Assembly: GCA_050253415.1 (NCBI GenBank)
Contig: JBFWJC010000005.1
Location: 64,001 to 128,000 of the forward strand
Source of the DNA: Pedobacter sp.
Lineage (GTDB): Bacteria > Desulfobacterota > Desulfuromonadia > Desulfuromonadales > Syntrophotaleaceae
Direction: 5' to 3'
DNA: 64,000 nucleotides
The stretch's first letter is position 1, and each line of letters begins with the position of its first letter. Positions 61,428-64,000 of this stretch are shown in pieces. The notes under the pieces are model-generated. The model searched no databases. It was not told the origin of the DNA and saw only the letters and a program-made list of their open reading frames with translations. The position numbers and the translations under genes were made by a program.

Positions 61428-62336
61428 ATGAACGATGCTTTAGTTTCCGTCATTATACCTGCTTACGGTCAATGTCCCCATATTCAAAAGGTAGTACAAG
61501 CTGTGTTGCATCAGTCTATCAGGCCGTTCGAGATAGTTGTTGTACACAGCGGTTCGCATGACCCTTCGGAAAAGTTGACGAAATTAGACAAAAGTGTCCG
61601 AGTCATCCATCGAGATGTACGAACATTTGCTGGTGATGCTCGCAATATTGGCTTGAAGGAAGTTTGTTCCCCTTGGGTCGCCTTTATCGATTCCGATGTT
61701 TTACCCGCTTCTGATTGGCTTGCCTCCTTGCTTAGTGGTGCACTGAATGAGGAAGGTCGTTTTGTGGTTGGTTCGGTCGACTATGCGACTACAGGAGGGT
61801 ACTGGGGACTTTGCCTTTGGACCATAGAGTTTAGCGGCGTTCACCCATATCTTCCAGACGGTACAACTCAAGGGGGGGCGTCTGCCAACATGTTGCTACC
61901 TCTCGACGCCGTTAAAAACGTAGGGGGGTTTCCTGAAGGTTTTGCCGCGAGTGAAGATTCCTATCTCACCGCAAGTTTACGGGAATATGGTTTAATCAAT
62001 TGGTTTTGTGCAGATGCCAGGGTGAAACATTTTAATAAAAAAGGGATGCGGCATTGTCTTGCCCACCTTCTCTGGCTTGGCCATTGGAGTGCGATCTGCC
62101 GCCGAGAAAAACCTTTAAGAGGGGCCCTGACAGTAAAGATCTGGCCGCTTGCTGCTGGTCTTTGGGTTGCAAAACTTATGCTGATTTATTGTCGAGCATG
62201 GCGCTGGAACAAAGGAGATCTTTTTAAACTTTTAACCCTTGGGCCTGGCATCGTAACGGGATTGCTTGCTTGGAATTTGGGGTTCTTGTCTGGTTTGAGC
62301 GCTAAAAGGCCGATTCCGTCGGATGTTACTTCTTGA
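61428..62336 (+). CDS. GT2 glycosyltransferase
   Basis: VSVIIPAY, ARNIGL, AFIDSD, VGGFPE...SED. Confidence 0.85.
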   Translation: MNDALVSVIIPAYGQCPHIQKVVQAVLHQSIRPFEIVVVHSGSHDPSEKLTKLDKSVRVIHRDVRTFAGDARNIGLKEVCSPWVAFIDSDVLPASDWLASLLSGALNEEGRFVVGSVDYATTGGYWGLCLWTIEFSGVHPYLPDGTTQGGASANMLLPLDAVKNVGGFPEGFAASEDSYLTASLREYGLINWFCADARVKHFNKKGMRHCLAHLLWLGHWSAICRREKPLRGALTVKIWPLAAGLWVAKLMLIYCRAWRWNKGDLFKLLTLGPGIVTGLLAWNLGFLSGLSAKRPIPSDVTS

Positions 62337-62371
62337 TTCTGCAATTTGTAAAATAGGGGAATGATACCAAG

Positions 62372-63319
62372 ATGACTACTGCGCCTAGATGCTCGGTTAT
62401 CATGCCAGCCTACAATGTTGAAGATTTTATTGGTGAAGCAATAGAAAGTGTACTCCGCCAAACAGTGTCCGATTGGGAGCTAATTGTAGTCGATGACGGG
62501 TCGACCGATGGCACAGCCATGATTGTCAAAAGGTACCAAGACGCTCGCATTCGCTATATTTATCAAGAAAACGCAGGACAGTCCGCTGCACAAAATCGGG
62601 GAATTAACGAAATACGCGGTGCATACGTGTCTTTTCTAGATTCTGATGACAGGCTTCAACCGACCGCCATCGAACGTCTATCGAAGGCTCTGGATTCTGC
62701 CCCGAAAGCCTGTGTTGCCTATGGGAACGCAGAGAAAATAAGAGTTACAGGAGAAGCTTTTGGTAAGAGTGCGCGGCCTATATTCAACCCTAGACCTTCT
62801 GGGGATGTGCTCCATTATCTGGTTAGATCAAATTTTATTGTGAATGGCGGAACTCTTCTGGTTCGTGTTTCATGCATAAATGATTCTGGAAAATTCAGAA
62901 CGGATCTTCGCATGCAACAAGACTGGGAGATGTGGTGTCGACTAGCTGTAGTCGGTGAGTTTATCTTTGTTGGCCATGAACCTGTATCGGACTATCGAAT
63001 TCGCGATGGCAGCGTTGCGAGAATAGACGGAAGTAGTATATCCAGCCACTGGCCAGCAGTCGAAGCAGTTTTTACCAATCCAAAAATAATACAAAAATTC
63101 ACCTTGCGAGAGCTTAAGCGTCTTCGCCGTGTCCGTGAGAGTGATGTGTATTACTTCACCGGGGTAGAGGCTATTAGGGGGCATCACTGGCGCCAGGCAA
63201 GGCAATGCCTTACAAAAAGCCTTCACCTCAATAGGGTAAATCCAAAAGCGATAATTTTGCTGGTTTGCGCTATCATGAGGCGAACACCCCGCTTTGTGGC
63301 ACGTCGCATAGGTTGTTAA
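62372..63319 (+). CDS. GT2 glycosyltransferase
   Basis: SVIMPAYN, VVDDGSTD, FLDSDD, QDWEMW. Confidence 0.9.
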   Translation: MTTAPRCSVIMPAYNVEDFIGEAIESVLRQTVSDWELIVVDDGSTDGTAMIVKRYQDARIRYIYQENAGQSAAQNRGINEIRGAYVSFLDSDDRLQPTAIERLSKALDSAPKACVAYGNAEKIRVTGEAFGKSARPIFNPRPSGDVLHYLVRSNFIVNGGTLLVRVSCINDSGKFRTDLRMQQDWEMWCRLAVVGEFIFVGHEPVSDYRIRDGSVARIDGSSISSHWPAVEAVFTNPKIIQKFTLRELKRLRRVRESDVYYFTGVEAIRGHHWRQARQCLTKSLHLNRVNPKAIILLVCAIMRRTPRFVARRIGC

Positions 63320-63397
63320 ACACAAAAAACTACCTTTATCATCTAAGAAAACTATTCATTGCAAATAACTTTTTCTACTAAAGCATTGGTCTTGAAA

Positions 63398-64000
63398 ATG
63401 TATTTATATAAAAAATTGAAAGATCTATTAGAACGTTGTCCTCTAATATATAGATTTATTAAAAAATCTCTATTGTTGGCGCATATATATATTCGCAGAA
63501 CTTTTTCTAAAAACATTAATTCTAGTAAACTATTATGGGGGGGAGAAAACGGTATCCCGGTTGCTAAGTATGCACGTTTAACTAATAATTTTCTTCGACC
63601 ATCTACTTTGCTTGCCGATATACCGCATGTGAAATTTCTAAAATTATACCAGGATATTGGCGATAGTATATTTATTAAAGAAGTATTTGAAAATACTGAT
63701 TACTATAAGAATGCTGCAGAAGCCATTGAACTCCGAGGTACTTATTTCGGAATATATGATAAAGCATGTATTGTAGAACAAGGACGAAGATTTGTTTCAT
63801 TGTATTGCGAAAACTGTAATTCCTTTAATCGGCAAAATTTTGAGGGAATAAGTTCGCCTAACATGCCGGTCCTAGTAAGAAAAATTAACTTTTCAAATGG
63901 TTTCTACGAGATAGTGGATGGACATCATCGGCTTGCTATTTCATTCGTTCGAGGCATTTCAAAACACCGAGCATTCGTGTTACCAGACAAGCCGGTTACA
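63398..64000 (+). CDS. Partial ORF running off the window, with a ParB/Sulfiredoxin-like motif
   Basis: Hand translation is open from ATG 63398 to the window end: MYLYKKLK...PVLVRKINFSNGFYEIVDGHHRLAI; not in the ORF track because it has no stop. Confidence 0.7.
   Translation, partial: MYLYKKLKDLLERCPLIYRFIKKSLLLAHIYIRRTFSKNINSSKLLWGGENGIPVAKYARLTNNFLRPSTLLADIPHVKFLKLYQDIGDSIFIKEVFENTDYYKNAAEAIELRGTYFGIYDKACIVEQGRRFVSLYCENCNSFNRQNFEGISSPNMPVLVRKINFSNGFYEIVDGHHRLAISFVRGISKHRAFVLPDKPVT

Overview
This looks like a Desulfuromonadales-type (Pelobacter/Syntrophotalea/Geobacter-like) chromosomal segment; the assignment is inferred from gene content only. The main result is at 6.6-15.2 kb: an AT-richer, Tn554-related integrative module on the minus strand (dut - tnpA - tnpB - tnpB' - tnpC - tnpC-like - degenerate recD2). 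Its end abuts, at 15164, the orphaned 3' half of a chromosomal dUTPase gene that the ORF track misses. The element therefore appears to have inserted into motif 3 of the host dut while carrying an intact foreign dut as the first gene of its recombinase operon. To the left lie probable cargo genes (PilB/GspE ATPase, response regulator, truncated PocR-like sensor) and nested, decayed transposases (IS256, IS1595-like, a large zinc-finger transposase-like gene). To the right are mostly housekeeping genes: Sua5/YrdC family, Na/Pi cotransporter, Ppx/GppA, iorAB-paaK-ACT, tRNA-Pro(GGG), mlaA plus hydrolase, arsC, a sulfate assimilation operon, a CoA-transferase with satP, a SIR2-like gene behind an ANTAR-like terminator leader, a GC-rich copA-cueR module, a second Na/Pi transporter, GTP-PEPCK, a YyaL-like protein, an operon of two ATP-grasp ligases, a GNAT and KamA with a structured leader, htpG, several small proteins, and the start of a low-GC glycosylation cluster. 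No CRISPR array or rRNA was seen. All family calls come from motif recognition by eye, not from database searches.
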